DNA of 64,000 nucleotides from Candidatus Colimorpha onthohippi (GTDB lineage Bacteria; Bacteroidota; Bacteroidia; Bacteroidales; P3): NCBI GenBank assembly GCA_018064565.1, contig JAGHVA010000052.1, positions 2,220 to 66,219 of the forward strand, read 5' to 3'. Shown piece by piece: positions 54,198 to 64,000 of this stretch (position 1 is its first letter; each line of letters starts with the position of its first letter). The notes under the pieces were generated by a model. It saw only the letters and a program-made list of their open reading frames with translations, ran no database searches and was not told where the DNA came from. The position numbers and the translations under genes were made by a program.

Positions 54198-57100
54198 TTA
54201 CGCCTCGCGTCCATGGCAGTTTTTGTATTTCTTGCCCGAACCGCATGGGCAAAGATCATTGCGACCTACATGTTTCTCCACATGAACGGGTTGGGGCTTA
54301 GGCTGCTGCCCCATACGCTGTGAGGCAGCCTGATTCATGGCATGCGACGATTGCGACACATTGTCAACACTGGCGTGAGAGGTACGAAGTCCCTTGTCGC
54401 TGCGCTGCGGCTGACGCGCCTCGCGGACATCACTATTCTCGCTCACAGGCAACGATGCCCGCGAAAGGAATGAGGCTATATGACGGTTAACCTCGAGAAG
54501 CATTTTCTCAAAAAGGTTGAAACTCTCAAACTTATAAATCAAGAGCGGGTCTTTCTGCTCATAAGTGGCATTCTGGACAGAGGTCTTCAAATCGTCCAAC
54601 TCCCGCAGATGATCTTTCCACAAGTCGTCAATGATAGCCAAAGTGATGTTTTTCTCGATAGCCAACTCAATCTCACGACCTTGACTTTCAAACGCCTTGC
54701 GCACTGGGACAATGGCTTGCATAGTCTTGACCCCGTCGGTAATGGGGAATACTACATTCTGATACTGGGTATTCTCATAGCAATGCTTGATAAATGGGAA
54801 AGCCACTTCGCCCAAGCGTTGCATACGCTGTTTGAATCCACCAAAAGTGAGTTCGTACAGCTTATCGACCGCATCAGCACGCTTCATGCCCATCAACTCT
54901 CGTTCCGTATAGGGCAACTCACAAGCAAAGACGCGTATCATTTCGAGTTTTAACGCCTCAAAATCATGATTTTCGGACGCTTGGTCATACAGCATCTCAC
55001 AAGTATCAAAGAACGTATTTGAGATATCAATCGACAACCGGTCGCCATACAAAGCGTTGCGCCGCTTGTTGTAAATCACCGTACGTTGGTTATTCATCAC
55101 ATCGTCGTATTCCAGAAGGCGCTTACGCATACCGAAGTTGTTCTCTTCCACTTTTTTCTGCGCACGCTCTACCGTCTTGGTAATCATAGAATGCTGGATA
55201 ACCTCACCCTCTTGCAGACCCATGCGGTCCATCACTTTGGAGATACGCTCCGACCCAAACAGACGCATCAAGTCGTCCTCGAGCGAAACAAAGAAGAGCG
55301 AGCTACCTGGGTCGCCCTGACGACCTGAACGGCCACGCAACTGACGATCTACACGACGGCTCTCGTGACGCTCGGTGCCGATAATAGCCAAGCCTCCAGC
55401 CTCTTTGACACCTCCACGAAGTTTGATATCGGTACCACGACCAGCCATATTGGTGGCAATGGTAACCTTGCCTGGCTGACCTGCCTCTGCCACAATATCC
55501 GCCTCTTTCTGATGCAACTTAGCATTCAAGACATTATGTGGGATATGCTTGAACTTGAGCATCTTGGATAGCAACTCGGAAGTCTCGACACTGGTAGTAC
55601 CCACAAGTACGGGGCGCCCTTCACCTATCAACCGCTCCACCTCGTCGATGACAGCCTTGAATTTCTCTCGTTTGGTCTTATAAACCATATCGTCCATATC
55701 GTTGCGAGCTATAGGACGATTGGTGGGGATTACCACCACATCGAGCTTGTAAATATCCCAAAACTCCTTGGCCTCAGTTTCTGCAGTACCTGTCATACCC
55801 GCCAACTTCTTATACATGCGGAAATAGTTCTGCAAAGTAATGGTGGCGTAAGTCTGCGTTGCCGCCTCCACTTTAGCGTTTTCTTTGGCCTCAACAGCTT
55901 GATGCAACCCATCGCTCCAACGGCGACCCTCCATGATACGACCCGTCTGCTCATCTACTATCTTAACTTGGTTGTCTTCGGTAACGATATAATCGACATC
56001 ACGTTCAAACAAAGTGTAGGCCTTGAGCAACTGGTCAACAGTATGCACACGATCAGACTGGATAGCAAAATCTGAATAAATCTGCTCCTTGCGGGTGGCT
56101 TTTTCTTCGGCCGAGAGGTCTAAATGCTCCAATTCGGCTATCTCAGACCCGATGTCGGGCAACTGATAGAACTTTCTATTCTCACCCATATCCGCCAAAA
56201 AGTCCATACCCTTATCAGTAAGCTCTACCTGACGGTTTTTCTCATCGATGGTGAAATAGAGTTCATCGTCAATGATGTGCATATACTTATTTTGCTCCTG
56301 CATATAGAAGTTCTCGGTACGCTGCAAAATAGTCTTAATACCCGTCTCTGAAAGGAATTTGATCAGTGCTTTGTTTTTGGGCAAACCACGATAGGCACGC
56401 AGCAACAACTTGGCGGCATCCTGCTCGGGCTTGGGATCGGGGTCGGTAGCAAGAGCCTTCTTGGCGTCTGCCAAAATCTGCGTACAGAGCGTTCGTTGAG
56501 CATTGTACAATCGTTCAATAACGGGTTTGAAACGATAAAACTCCTGCTCATCATCGCCTTTACCCGTAGGACCTGATATAATCAGAGGGGTTCGCGCATC
56601 ATCGATAAGCACCGAGTCCACCTCATCAACAATAGCATAGTTATGTCCACGTTGTACCAACTCTTCTGGCGAACGGCTCATGTTGTCGCGCAGGTAGTCA
56701 AAGCCAAACTCGTTGTTGGTACCATAGGTAATGTCGCACATATAAGCATTACGGCGAGCCTGACTATGAGGTTCATGCTTGTCTATACAATCCACTGTAA
56801 GACCATGAAATTCAAACAGCATACCCATCCACTCCGAGTCACGCTTAGCCAGATAATCGTTGACCGTTACAACATGAACGCCTTTGCCTGGCAACGCGTT
56901 GAGATAAACGGGGAGGGTAGCCACAAGGGTCTTACCTTCGCCAGTTGCCATCTCAGCAATCTTGCCACTATGCAACACCGATCCACCGATAATCTGCACA
57001 TCGTAGTGTACCATATCCCAACGGATAGTATTGCCACCAGCCGTCCACGATGTGGCATAGAAAGCCTTGTCGCCCTCGATGCGGACACTGGGGTGCGATG

Positions 57101-57518
57101 CGCTGAGATCGCGGTCGTGCTGGGTAGCAGTAACCTCAACCTCTTCACTATTGGCAAAACGGTTAGCGGTCTCTTTGACAACGGCAAACGCCTCGGGCAA
57201 AATCTGATTGAGCACCTCCTGTGTCTTGTCGTACGACAACTTCTCTAAATTGTCAATATCCTTGTAGAGTTGCTCTTTTTCTTCTACTGGCATATCATAC
57301 TCAGCATCGATACGGGCGTGGAGCGAATCCAATTGAGACACCTCTTCTTGAATGGTTTCGGCTATTAGTTTGCGAAACTCAACGGTTTTGGCGCGAAGTT
57401 CATCGTTGCTAAGCGATTGAATGGACGGATATATTGCAGTAGTAGCATCCAAAAAAGGTTGTACCTCTTTGAGGTCCCGTTGCGACTTGTCGCCAAAGAG
57501 TTTTTTAAGAAAATCCAT
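54198..57518 (-). CDS. secA: Preprotein translocase ATPase SecA
   Basis: Start trimmed to [22 protein letters not shown] motor motifs are present ([33 protein letters not shown]), and the C-terminal zinc motif is [14 protein letters not shown]. Confidence 0.97.
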   Translation of the reverse strand: MDFLKKLFGDKSQRDLKEVQPFLDATTAIYPSIQSLSNDELRAKTVEFRKLIAETIQEEVSQLDSLHARIDAEYDMPVEEKEQLYKDIDNLEKLSYDKTQEVLNQILPEAFAVVKETANRFANSEEVEVTATQHDRDLSASHPSVRIEGDKAFYATSWTAGGNTIRWDMVHYDVQIIGGSVLHSGKIAEMATGEGKTLVATLPVYLNALPGKGVHVVTVNDYLAKRDSEWMGMLFEFHGLTVDCIDKHEPHSQARRNAYMCDITYGTNNEFGFDYLRDNMSRSPEELVQRGHNYAIVDEVDSVLIDDARTPLIISGPTGKGDDEQEFYRFKPVIERLYNAQRTLCTQILADAKKALATDPDPKPEQDAAKLLLRAYRGLPKNKALIKFLSETGIKTILQRTENFYMQEQNKYMHIIDDELYFTIDEKNRQVELTDKGMDFLADMGENRKFYQLPDIGSEIAELEHLDLSAEEKATRKEQIYSDFAIQSDRVHTVDQLLKAYTLFERDVDYIVTEDNQVKIVDEQTGRIMEGRRWSDGLHQAVEAKENAKVEAATQTYATITLQNYFRMYKKLAGMTGTAETEAKEFWDIYKLDVVVIPTNRPIARNDMDDMVYKTKREKFKAVIDEVERLIGEGRPVLVGTTSVETSELLSKMLKFKHIPHNVLNAKLHQKEADIVAEAGQPGKVTIATNMAGRGTDIKLRGGVKEAGGLAIIGTERHESRRVDRQLRGRSGRQGDPGSSLFFVSLEDDLMRLFGSERISKVMDRMGLQEGEVIQHSMITKTVERAQKKVEENNFGMRKRLLEYDDVMNNQRTVIYNKRRNALYGDRLSIDISNTFFDTCEMLYDQASENHDFEALKLEMIRVFACELPYTERELMGMKRADAVDKLYELTFGGFKQRMQRLGEVAFPFIKHCYENTQYQNVVFPITDGVKTMQAIVPVRKAFESQGREIELAIEKNITLAIIDDLWKDHLRELDDLKTSVQNATYEQKDPLLIYKFESFNLFEKMLLEVNRHIASFLSRASLPVSENSDVREARQPQRSDKGLRTSHASVDNVSQSSHAMNQAASQRMGQQPKPQPVHVEKHVGRNDLCPCGSGKKYKNCHGREA

Positions 57519-57750
57519 GAAACTGAAATAAGAATTTAACATAGAAAACAAATCACCCTTATACATTTGTTCATGCACAAAGGAGATAGCCTCTATTTAT
57601 TATTGATACAAAACTATTAACAATCAAAATATTACAATCTTTCACATGTTTCATAACAACCCATGCGAAAGATGCAAAGATACAAAAAAAACTGAAATGA
57701 ACACCGCGAGAATTGGCGACAAAAAACGTAGGACGGACAAGGAAAGGCAA

Positions 57751-58656
57751 TCAGCAATAGTAGCGTTCTCCATCTTGCGCCAGCTGCACGTCAGGAAATT
57801 CCGACTGAGCTTGTAGCAAGAGCTGATCCATTTTGTCTTTGTAACGGAGGCTGAAATGGGTAAGCAGGAGTTTACGAACACCTGCGCTATGCGCCACACG
57901 AGCCGCCTGCCGAGCCGTAAGATGTTGTTTTTGTGCAGCGACGCTCTCAAAATCATCACAAAACGTACTTTCTATACACAACAGGTCGGCTTGTTGAATA
58001 CGCTGCGGCAACATGTCAAATAGGCAGGTGTCGGAGCAATAAACATACCGCTTAACATAAGGCAACTGCTCGTAGGAGACATCGCTTTGCGACCAACTAT
58101 AACGCGACACTCTGGGCAACTGATCTACCATATAGCCGAATGTCGGCACTGAATGACAGATTGGGAAAGCACTGACTCTGCAACGAGAGTTACAAAATAC
58201 CATAACCGGTGGCGCATCTATCGGCATATCATCGGGCAACTCCAAATACGACACTGGGAAATCGATATGGCTCTGCGACACCTGATTCATCATCTGCAAC
58301 GCCTGACGGATGCCCTGCGGCCCCACTATGACGATAGGATCTTTACGACCATGCAAGTGCATCGACGAGAGCAATCCTGGCAAGCCAAAGAAATGATCTC
58401 CGTGCAGATGCGAGACGCACACGAGCGACACACTCTGCATTTTTTGGTGATACTGACGAATATTCACCTGCGTACCCTCACCACAATCAAGCAACATCCT
58501 GAACCCACGAATATTGACCACCTGCGCAGCACAACTGCGAGATGGTGTGGGAACCGCTGCCCCTGACCCTAATATGGTAGTATAAAAATCCAACCTACAA
58601 CCGCTTATTAAAAAATAATTTTGACAATAACCAACAAGGGAGGTTGTGAGCACCAT
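57751..58656 (-). CDS. rnz: Ribonuclease Z (MBL fold)
   Basis: ILGSGAAVPTPSRSCAAQVV...LLDCGEGTQ...VSHLHGDHFFGLPGLL is typical of RNase Z. The true start is probably internal to the track ORF, near LDFYTTILGSG. Confidence 0.85.
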   Translation of the reverse strand: MVLTTSLVGYCQNYFLISGCRLDFYTTILGSGAAVPTPSRSCAAQVVNIRGFRMLLDCGEGTQVNIRQYHQKMQSVSLVCVSHLHGDHFFGLPGLLSSMHLHGRKDPIVIVGPQGIRQALQMMNQVSQSHIDFPVSYLELPDDMPIDAPPVMVFCNSRCRVSAFPICHSVPTFGYMVDQLPRVSRYSWSQSDVSYEQLPYVKRYVYCSDTCLFDMLPQRIQQADLLCIESTFCDDFESVAAQKQHLTARQAARVAHSAGVRKLLLTHFSLRYKDKMDQLLLQAQSEFPDVQLAQDGERYYC

Positions 58657-58707
58657 TTATAAATAAACGGCTATTGCAAAGCAATAAACACTCAACCAAC
58701 AAACAGA

Positions 58708-60180
58708 CTAATAAATACCCGTTCGGGTATCCCACCACATCTGTTTGCCCCAGTAATGGTCCACTTCGACTCCAGCATGCTGAGAGTAATGGTCATGATT
58801 GAGGTTGGCCTCTGTGTCTGGATACGGCAATGCCATGGGTACAGTGTTGTGCTGATTTTTGTGATAGACGCTACAAGGTGCAATTACAATGCCAACGGGC
58901 ATACCCGTCATGCGGAACAACGACCAACCTTCGTCTGGATTCTTGAACAGCGAAATCCACCATTGTGTTACCAGTTGTTCCAGCGTTCCGTTGTAGCTAC
59001 CTCCTTGCGTCAGGTAGTCATCAATCTCGTTAGAAGACAATCCGTTCTCATCTAACGACAGCGACACAGCCTTCTCGTATGCCGATTGTTGTGTGAACCC
59101 CTGAGTTTCAAACCCCTTTGAAGCAGCATACGCAATGGCAAAATAGGGCTCACAACTGCGCAACCAAGGCGAGAATCCAGACTGATTGGATTTGTGGGTG
59201 AACCTCTCGCCAATAAGGCTGCATGCAGACGTATTGGCAGTAGTTTCAAGCCCGATAGGATGTCCCACATAAGGGTCAGTCGATATTCCCGCCAGATAGT
59301 TTGGGGTAGGATCAGCATATACGGGCAATCGCGGGTCGTCCAGCGACTTGAGTATATCTACAATGAGTTTGCTGATTCCTACATCTTGACTACGAACTGC
59401 ATAGAGTGCCGCCCATGGGTCACCATACTCCCTACCCCAACTATCAAAAAAGACGTTTTGAAGGTTAGACTCTGGCAACGGATAACGGTCGGGATGCGAC
59501 AATACCTTGCTGAACACCGCCTGCGACAACGTGGGGTCAGCACAAGCTATACGAGCAGCCATACGTAAACATAATGATGTGGCATAGCAACGCCATTTAA
59601 GAATGTCGCCCCCAAGCATTAAGTCGCCACACCCTATTTCGCCGCCATCTGGGCTCAACATCATGCAAGCGGAATCCAGCCTTTCTAACAACGAATGGTA
59701 TATATCCTTCTGACAGTCATAGGCAGGCTGCACAATACCATCGTCCAACTGGCAAGCCTCACTATAAGGAATATCTCCATAACGGTCGGTGGCTATCTGC
59801 CACACATTACACTCCAAGATGATGGAAGCTGCCTGGAGATTGCGCGATGATTGGTTGTTGTGCTGGATATCCTTCAGGTTTGCAACCAGTTGATACAACG
59901 ACGTCCAACTATTGTCATTGTCTGCCGAAAAATAGGAATAGTAGCTGCGTTCTGGATAACTAATCTGCGAGACATATCCGCAGTAGGTGGACAACTCATA
60001 TATCGACTCAGTGAGACCGAATAGACTATACGACCCAAAGCGTTCACAAAAGGCCAGCACATTGGTTGGCGGCACCTCAACAGGACGGTCGGGGTCAGTA
60101 TTGATAGTGTCAAAATCTTTGGTACATCCCGACAGATTCACCAATATCACCACCAGCAGAAATATATATAGTCTGTGCAT
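58708..60180 (-). CDS. SusD/RagB-family nutrient-binding outer-membrane lipoprotein
   Basis: Start trimmed to MHRLYIFLLVVILVNLSGC (lipobox). It lies immediately downstream of a SusC-like gene. Size and helical/TPR-like composition fit the SusD-like family. Confidence 0.8.
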   Translation of the reverse strand: MHRLYIFLLVVILVNLSGCTKDFDTINTDPDRPVEVPPTNVLAFCERFGSYSLFGLTESIYELSTYCGYVSQISYPERSYYSYFSADNDNSWTSLYQLVANLKDIQHNNQSSRNLQAASIILECNVWQIATDRYGDIPYSEACQLDDGIVQPAYDCQKDIYHSLLERLDSACMMLSPDGGEIGCGDLMLGGDILKWRCYATSLCLRMAARIACADPTLSQAVFSKVLSHPDRYPLPESNLQNVFFDSWGREYGDPWAALYAVRSQDVGISKLIVDILKSLDDPRLPVYADPTPNYLAGISTDPYVGHPIGLETTANTSACSLIGERFTHKSNQSGFSPWLRSCEPYFAIAYAASKGFETQGFTQQSAYEKAVSLSLDENGLSSNEIDDYLTQGGSYNGTLEQLVTQWWISLFKNPDEGWSLFRMTGMPVGIVIAPCSVYHKNQHNTVPMALPYPDTEANLNHDHYSQHAGVEVDHYWGKQMWWDTRTGIY

Positions 60181-60213
60181 AATCAACAACAATAGACGTT
60201 ATACCACAATAGA

Positions 60214-63200
60214 TTAAAATGATAGATGTAACTTAAGACCGATACTTCGTGTGGGCGGCACGCACATTGCGCAATAGCCTAATGCACTAAATGAGGTCCC
60301 CGAGGCACACTCTGGGTCGGTATGGGTGAGATTGCTCTTGTGAAGCCATAATATGGCGAAATTGTTTGCCACTATAGACACACTTGCTCCCTCTACGATA
60401 CGCATCTTTTTCAGCCAACGCTGCGGAAAATGGTAAGTAAGGTGCATCTCTCGCAATTTGAGGTAGGAACCGTCAAAGACATTCAATTCATTGATAGCAG
60501 ACGAACGTTCAAATGCCGACTTGGGGTCCACTACCGTTGTGTTGGCCGACCCATCTGCATTTACGAACGATATGTCTTGATACACATTCTGTCCGAACAC
60601 CACCCCAGTCTCACGCAAGTTGTTCTCTACCGTATATTCCAAACTGCCAGCTCTGGTTGATGCTGCTTGCATATAGCTTAACACATCACCTCCATGCCTA
60701 TAATGCAGCAAGAAGCCAAAAGAGAATTGGCGAAACTTGAACTCATTATGCCACCCCACATAAAAGTCAGGTGCGATATTGCCGATCTCTACATTGTCTT
60801 GTGATAGCGGCCTGCCATCTTCACCTACTATAGCTTGCCCCTTGTCGTTATACACCAATCCAGAACCCACTATGGTGCCAAACGACCTACCTGGCATAGC
60901 ATAGCATTGGTTGCCCATATAGTAGGCATCCATACCATCCGCTAACGACACTATCAAACTCTTATCGCGAGAGAAATTGATTGCTGTAGTCCAGTTCAAC
61001 CCCTCTTTGCGCTGCAATATATCAGCCTGCATCATAACTTCGATACCCTTGTTGTCCACCACACCAGCGTTGAGCAACTTGTAACTATAACCCGATGAAG
61101 CAGGAATCTGAACAGTCAAAATCTGATCGGAGGTACGGCGCCAATAATAACTGACATCAATCCGCAACCGGTTGTCGAGAAATGCGGATTCAAATCCAAC
61201 CTCTGTAGTATTGATATTCTCTGGATTGATATCGGGATTAAGCAGCGTAGATGGCAAACTATATTGATTGACACCGCTGATGGTTGACGCCACTGCCTCA
61301 TAGCAAGTTTTGGTATTGTACGCTATGGTCGAATTGCCAATATTAGCCCAGTTGAAACGAAGCTTGAGGTAATTGAAGTAAACCGATTTTAACTGGGAGA
61401 AAGTCTCAGTTACAACCCAACTGGAATTTACTGATGGATAAAAGAAACTCTTGCTAATAGCAGAATGCCAATCATGGCGCATACTACCCTCTAAAAACAG
61501 CTGATGCCGCCATCCCGCCTGCACATTTGCATACAACGAGTTGGATCGGATATGAGAATGGTCGGTCTCCGACTCGAGGCTTCCTGACACATTCGATAAG
61601 GAGTAGAGCCCTGGTACCGTAAGTCCGTTGGCCATCGTAGATCCGATTGAACAATACGAGTACAGCGCATCATAATAATTTGCACCCGCTATAGCATGAA
61701 CATCTATCTGACCAAAATCATGATCTACATACGCCAACGCATCCATGTTGAGCTCTTGGTTGTCCATATTCGTAATACGGTACAACCCATTGATGTAGTC
61801 ATAGTCATATAGATACTTCAACTCAAACTGATTATGATACAAGTCATAACCTACCCTGCCCTCAAACTTAAGCCACGGAGTAGCAGTAACCCACAAACTA
61901 CCCTTGCCAAACAAACGATTCCGATCCATCTCCTTAGAGTTGTTGTTCAACTCTAAATAAGGATTGAGAGAATAAATCGAGATCCAGTTATATTTTGCAC
62001 CTGTAGGCATTACCAGCTGATAATTGTCTTTTAAGTCCTGCATATCAATCTGGCGGGCTGTCCAAATCGTAAGACCCACCAACGGATTCTGATTGCAGTA
62101 GCCCGACACAAGCAGATTATTGCTATGATTGTGGGTAAAGTAAAGCGAGCCATCGAAACTTATATGTGAGTTGAAGATAAAGTTACCCGAAAGCGAAGCG
62201 TTGTAACGTTCCATATCGGTATTGGGTACTATGCCCGTCTGCCCTCGATAACCTAACGAGGCTCGGTAAGAACCGCGTGACGAACTGTTGCTGATGCTAA
62301 ATACATGGTTTTGGGATATGCCTAACTGAAAGAAATCGTTCAAATTGTCGGGATGCGACACCCAGTCGGTTGCCTCCACCCCATATCGATAACTATTATA
62401 CTGCGGCAGTTTGACTCCGATATCTAATCGCGGTCCCCAACTTTCGTCAACGCCATCGTTCAAGCCACCCCCAACTCCATCTACATAACGGAACCCATAG
62501 CCTAAATAATCAGCGTTAATCTCCACACCCTCCTCATCAAATTTGGCACCCTGCCAATTGCCGGCACAGAATTCAAGATAGGTGAGATCTGGGTTGGCAA
62601 AATAACCTTCAGACTTCAATTTGTTATAGTAATACTCTGAACCATACAGCCCCTGGCCATATTTGTTTTGCAGTGGCAAAAGCGAATACACATGGTCAAT
62701 TGTCAGTGAACCATCGTATGAGATGCGGGGGCGGTTTGTTGTGTCGGCAGCATGTGATGCTCCTTTCTTGGTTGTAATCAGCAGCACCCCATTGCCTGCT
62801 CGCATACCATACAAAGCCGCCGATCCTCCTTTCAAAACCGTGATGTCTGCAATATCTTCAGGATTCAAATCTTGAAGACCATTACCTCCGTCAATAAAGC
62901 CACTACGCGCAGCCTGTCCTAAAGTAAGACTTGTAGCGTCATTGTTGTATGGCACTCCATCTACTACAATCAAAGGAGCATTGTTGTTGAACGAACTACT
63001 ACCTCGGATAGTGATGCGTTGCGATGCCCCGATAGCTCCGCCCGACTGTGAGATTTCAACTCCAGCCATCTTGCCCTGTAAGGCAGTACCTACCTGAAGC
63101 GTTGCCGCCTCGGTCAACTCCTGGTTGTCCACATGCTGCACCGTATATCCCAAACTCTTGCGTTCTCGCTTTACTGCCATAGCCGTTACCACTACCTCTC

Positions 63201-63507
63201 GCAACAACTCAGAACTGGGTTTCAGCACCACATCAATCACAGGCGCTATAGGCAATACCTGTTTGGCATAACCTGCATACGAAAAGGTGATAGTTTGGGC
63301 TCCATTGGGAATGTCATTAAGCGTATAGGCACCATTCACATCCGTTACAGTGCCATAGGTGGTTCCAGATACCAATACAGTGGCACCAATCATAGGCAAC
63401 CCATCGTCCGATGACTTAACTACACCAGAGACTTTGGTAACAGTATTCTGTGCTGTTAGCGATACAGCCACAAATAGAAAGAGAATAATGAATAACTGTT
63501 TTCTCAT
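60214..63507 (-). CDS. SusC/RagA-family TonB-dependent outer-membrane transporter
   Basis: Start trimmed to MRKQLFIILFLFVAVSLTAQ. It has a carboxypeptidase-regulatory-like N-domain (VSGVVKSSDDGLPMIGATVLVSGTTYGTVTDVNGAYTL), a plug (ITIRGSSSFNNNAPLIVVDGVP) and a C-terminal beta-barrel ending in ...LKLHLSF. Confidence 0.92.
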   Translation of the reverse strand: MRKQLFIILFLFVAVSLTAQNTVTKVSGVVKSSDDGLPMIGATVLVSGTTYGTVTDVNGAYTLNDIPNGAQTITFSYAGYAKQVLPIAPVIDVVLKPSSELLREVVVTAMAVKRERKSLGYTVQHVDNQELTEAATLQVGTALQGKMAGVEISQSGGAIGASQRITIRGSSSFNNNAPLIVVDGVPYNNDATSLTLGQAARSGFIDGGNGLQDLNPEDIADITVLKGGSAALYGMRAGNGVLLITTKKGASHAADTTNRPRISYDGSLTIDHVYSLLPLQNKYGQGLYGSEYYYNKLKSEGYFANPDLTYLEFCAGNWQGAKFDEEGVEINADYLGYGFRYVDGVGGGLNDGVDESWGPRLDIGVKLPQYNSYRYGVEATDWVSHPDNLNDFFQLGISQNHVFSISNSSSRGSYRASLGYRGQTGIVPNTDMERYNASLSGNFIFNSHISFDGSLYFTHNHSNNLLVSGYCNQNPLVGLTIWTARQIDMQDLKDNYQLVMPTGAKYNWISIYSLNPYLELNNNSKEMDRNRLFGKGSLWVTATPWLKFEGRVGYDLYHNQFELKYLYDYDYINGLYRITNMDNQELNMDALAYVDHDFGQIDVHAIAGANYYDALYSYCSIGSTMANGLTVPGLYSLSNVSGSLESETDHSHIRSNSLYANVQAGWRHQLFLEGSMRHDWHSAISKSFFYPSVNSSWVVTETFSQLKSVYFNYLKLRFNWANIGNSTIAYNTKTCYEAVASTISGVNQYSLPSTLLNPDINPENINTTEVGFESAFLDNRLRIDVSYYWRRTSDQILTVQIPASSGYSYKLLNAGVVDNKGIEVMMQADILQRKEGLNWTTAINFSRDKSLIVSLADGMDAYYMGNQCYAMPGRSFGTIVGSGLVYNDKGQAIVGEDGRPLSQDNVEIGNIAPDFYVGWHNEFKFRQFSFGFLLHYRHGGDVLSYMQAASTRAGSLEYTVENNLRETGVVFGQNVYQDISFVNADGSANTTVVDPKSAFERSSAINELNVFDGSYLKLREMHLTYHFPQRWLKKMRIVEGASVSIVANNFAILWLHKSNLTHTDPECASGTSFSALGYCAMCVPPTRSIGLKLHLSF

Positions 63508-63578
63508 TAGTAATTTATGTAACAAAAAAATTACTTATCTAAATAGAGAAGGTAAAACGAGACTATGGGTAATTGGCT

Positions 63579-64000
63579 TCAATTCTCAAAATAGATCAAA
63601 TCGCCAGTATGAGAATCAAACACTGCCTTGAAGTGCTTAGCGGGCAACTCGATAGTAGGGCCAAACTGCGCAACGGGGAGCATCTGCTGTACGGTGAAGT
63701 AGGGGGAGGAGACAACGACCTGAGCCTGCTCAGAACGGCGGTATTTGAAGGTGTTGCGATCGTTGACATCGTTTTTGCCAAACAGGCCGAGGCGGTATTT
63801 TACAAATCGCGCTGCGTTGCGCAACTTGTTGTCACACCTAAACGAGCATCGCACGGGGACACCGCTGGGAGCGGCAGAATCAACGATGCCTTGAGATGGC
63901 GAGAAGTAGAAGATGACGACAGACTGGCTGTCGATAAACTGCTTCTCATCGCGAGGGGTATAGGTGAACCGATGCCGCTCGGTGACGTAACGACCTACAA
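63579..64000 (-). CDS. Hypothetical protein, C-terminal 140 codons only (5-prime end beyond the window end)
   Basis: The minus-strand frame is open from the window edge (VGRYVTERHRFTYTPRDEKQ...) to the TGA at 63579-63581. The track lists only the part from an internal Met. No family recognised. Confidence 0.45.
   Translation of the reverse strand, partial: VGRYVTERHRFTYTPRDEKQFIDSQSVVIFYFSPSQGIVDSAAPSGVPVRCSFRCDNKLRNAARFVKYRLGLFGKNDVNDRNTFKYRRSEQAQVVVSSPYFTVQQMLPVAQFGPTIELPAKHFKAVFDSHTGDLIYFEN

Noticed and set aside
57651-57959. 102-aa minus-strand ORF overlapping the rnz 3-prime end
   Set aside because: It overlaps the RNase Z frame and extends into the secA upstream region, with no supporting features.

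Overview
This 64 kb window looks like a Bacteroidales (Bacteroidota) chromosomal segment. The supporting evidence is T9SS C-terminal sorting domains, a SusC/SusD pair, a complete Bat (aerotolerance) operon and TAnnTTTG -7 promoter boxes. About 45 genes are present.

Housekeeping genes are ddl, dnaE, tyrS, ruvC, secA, rnz, a TrmH-like methyltransferase, a TatD-like hydrolase and an SNF-family transporter.

Accessory content falls into five groups:
1. Three paralogous C10 (streptopain/interpain-like) cysteine peptidases. The largest (1-3782, minus strand) is missing from the supplied ORF track because it runs off the window edge. It carries at least 11 tandem two-cysteine modules of about 49 aa that I cannot assign to a named domain.
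2. moxR-DUF58-batABCDE plus an RseC-like gene. A short intergenic repeat family is inserted twice inside this operon.
3. An exported OmpA-like/caspase-like protein whose nucleophile position is Ser rather than Cys.
4. An 11 kb defence island: type I R-M genes hsdM, hsdS and hsdR with an embedded RloC/PrrC-family (AAA_13) ATPase. The island also holds a truncated DUF1016 gene, a small wHTH ORF, a duplicated hsdR 5-prime end marking a rearrangement junction, and an adjacent DUF4143-type ATPase broken by an in-frame TAG.
5. Glycosyltransferases and a lipoprotein cluster.

No rRNA, tRNA, CRISPR array, transposase or integrase was recognised. All motif coordinates were counted by hand and may be off by 1-2 nt. 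Family calls rest on motifs I recognise, not on searches.
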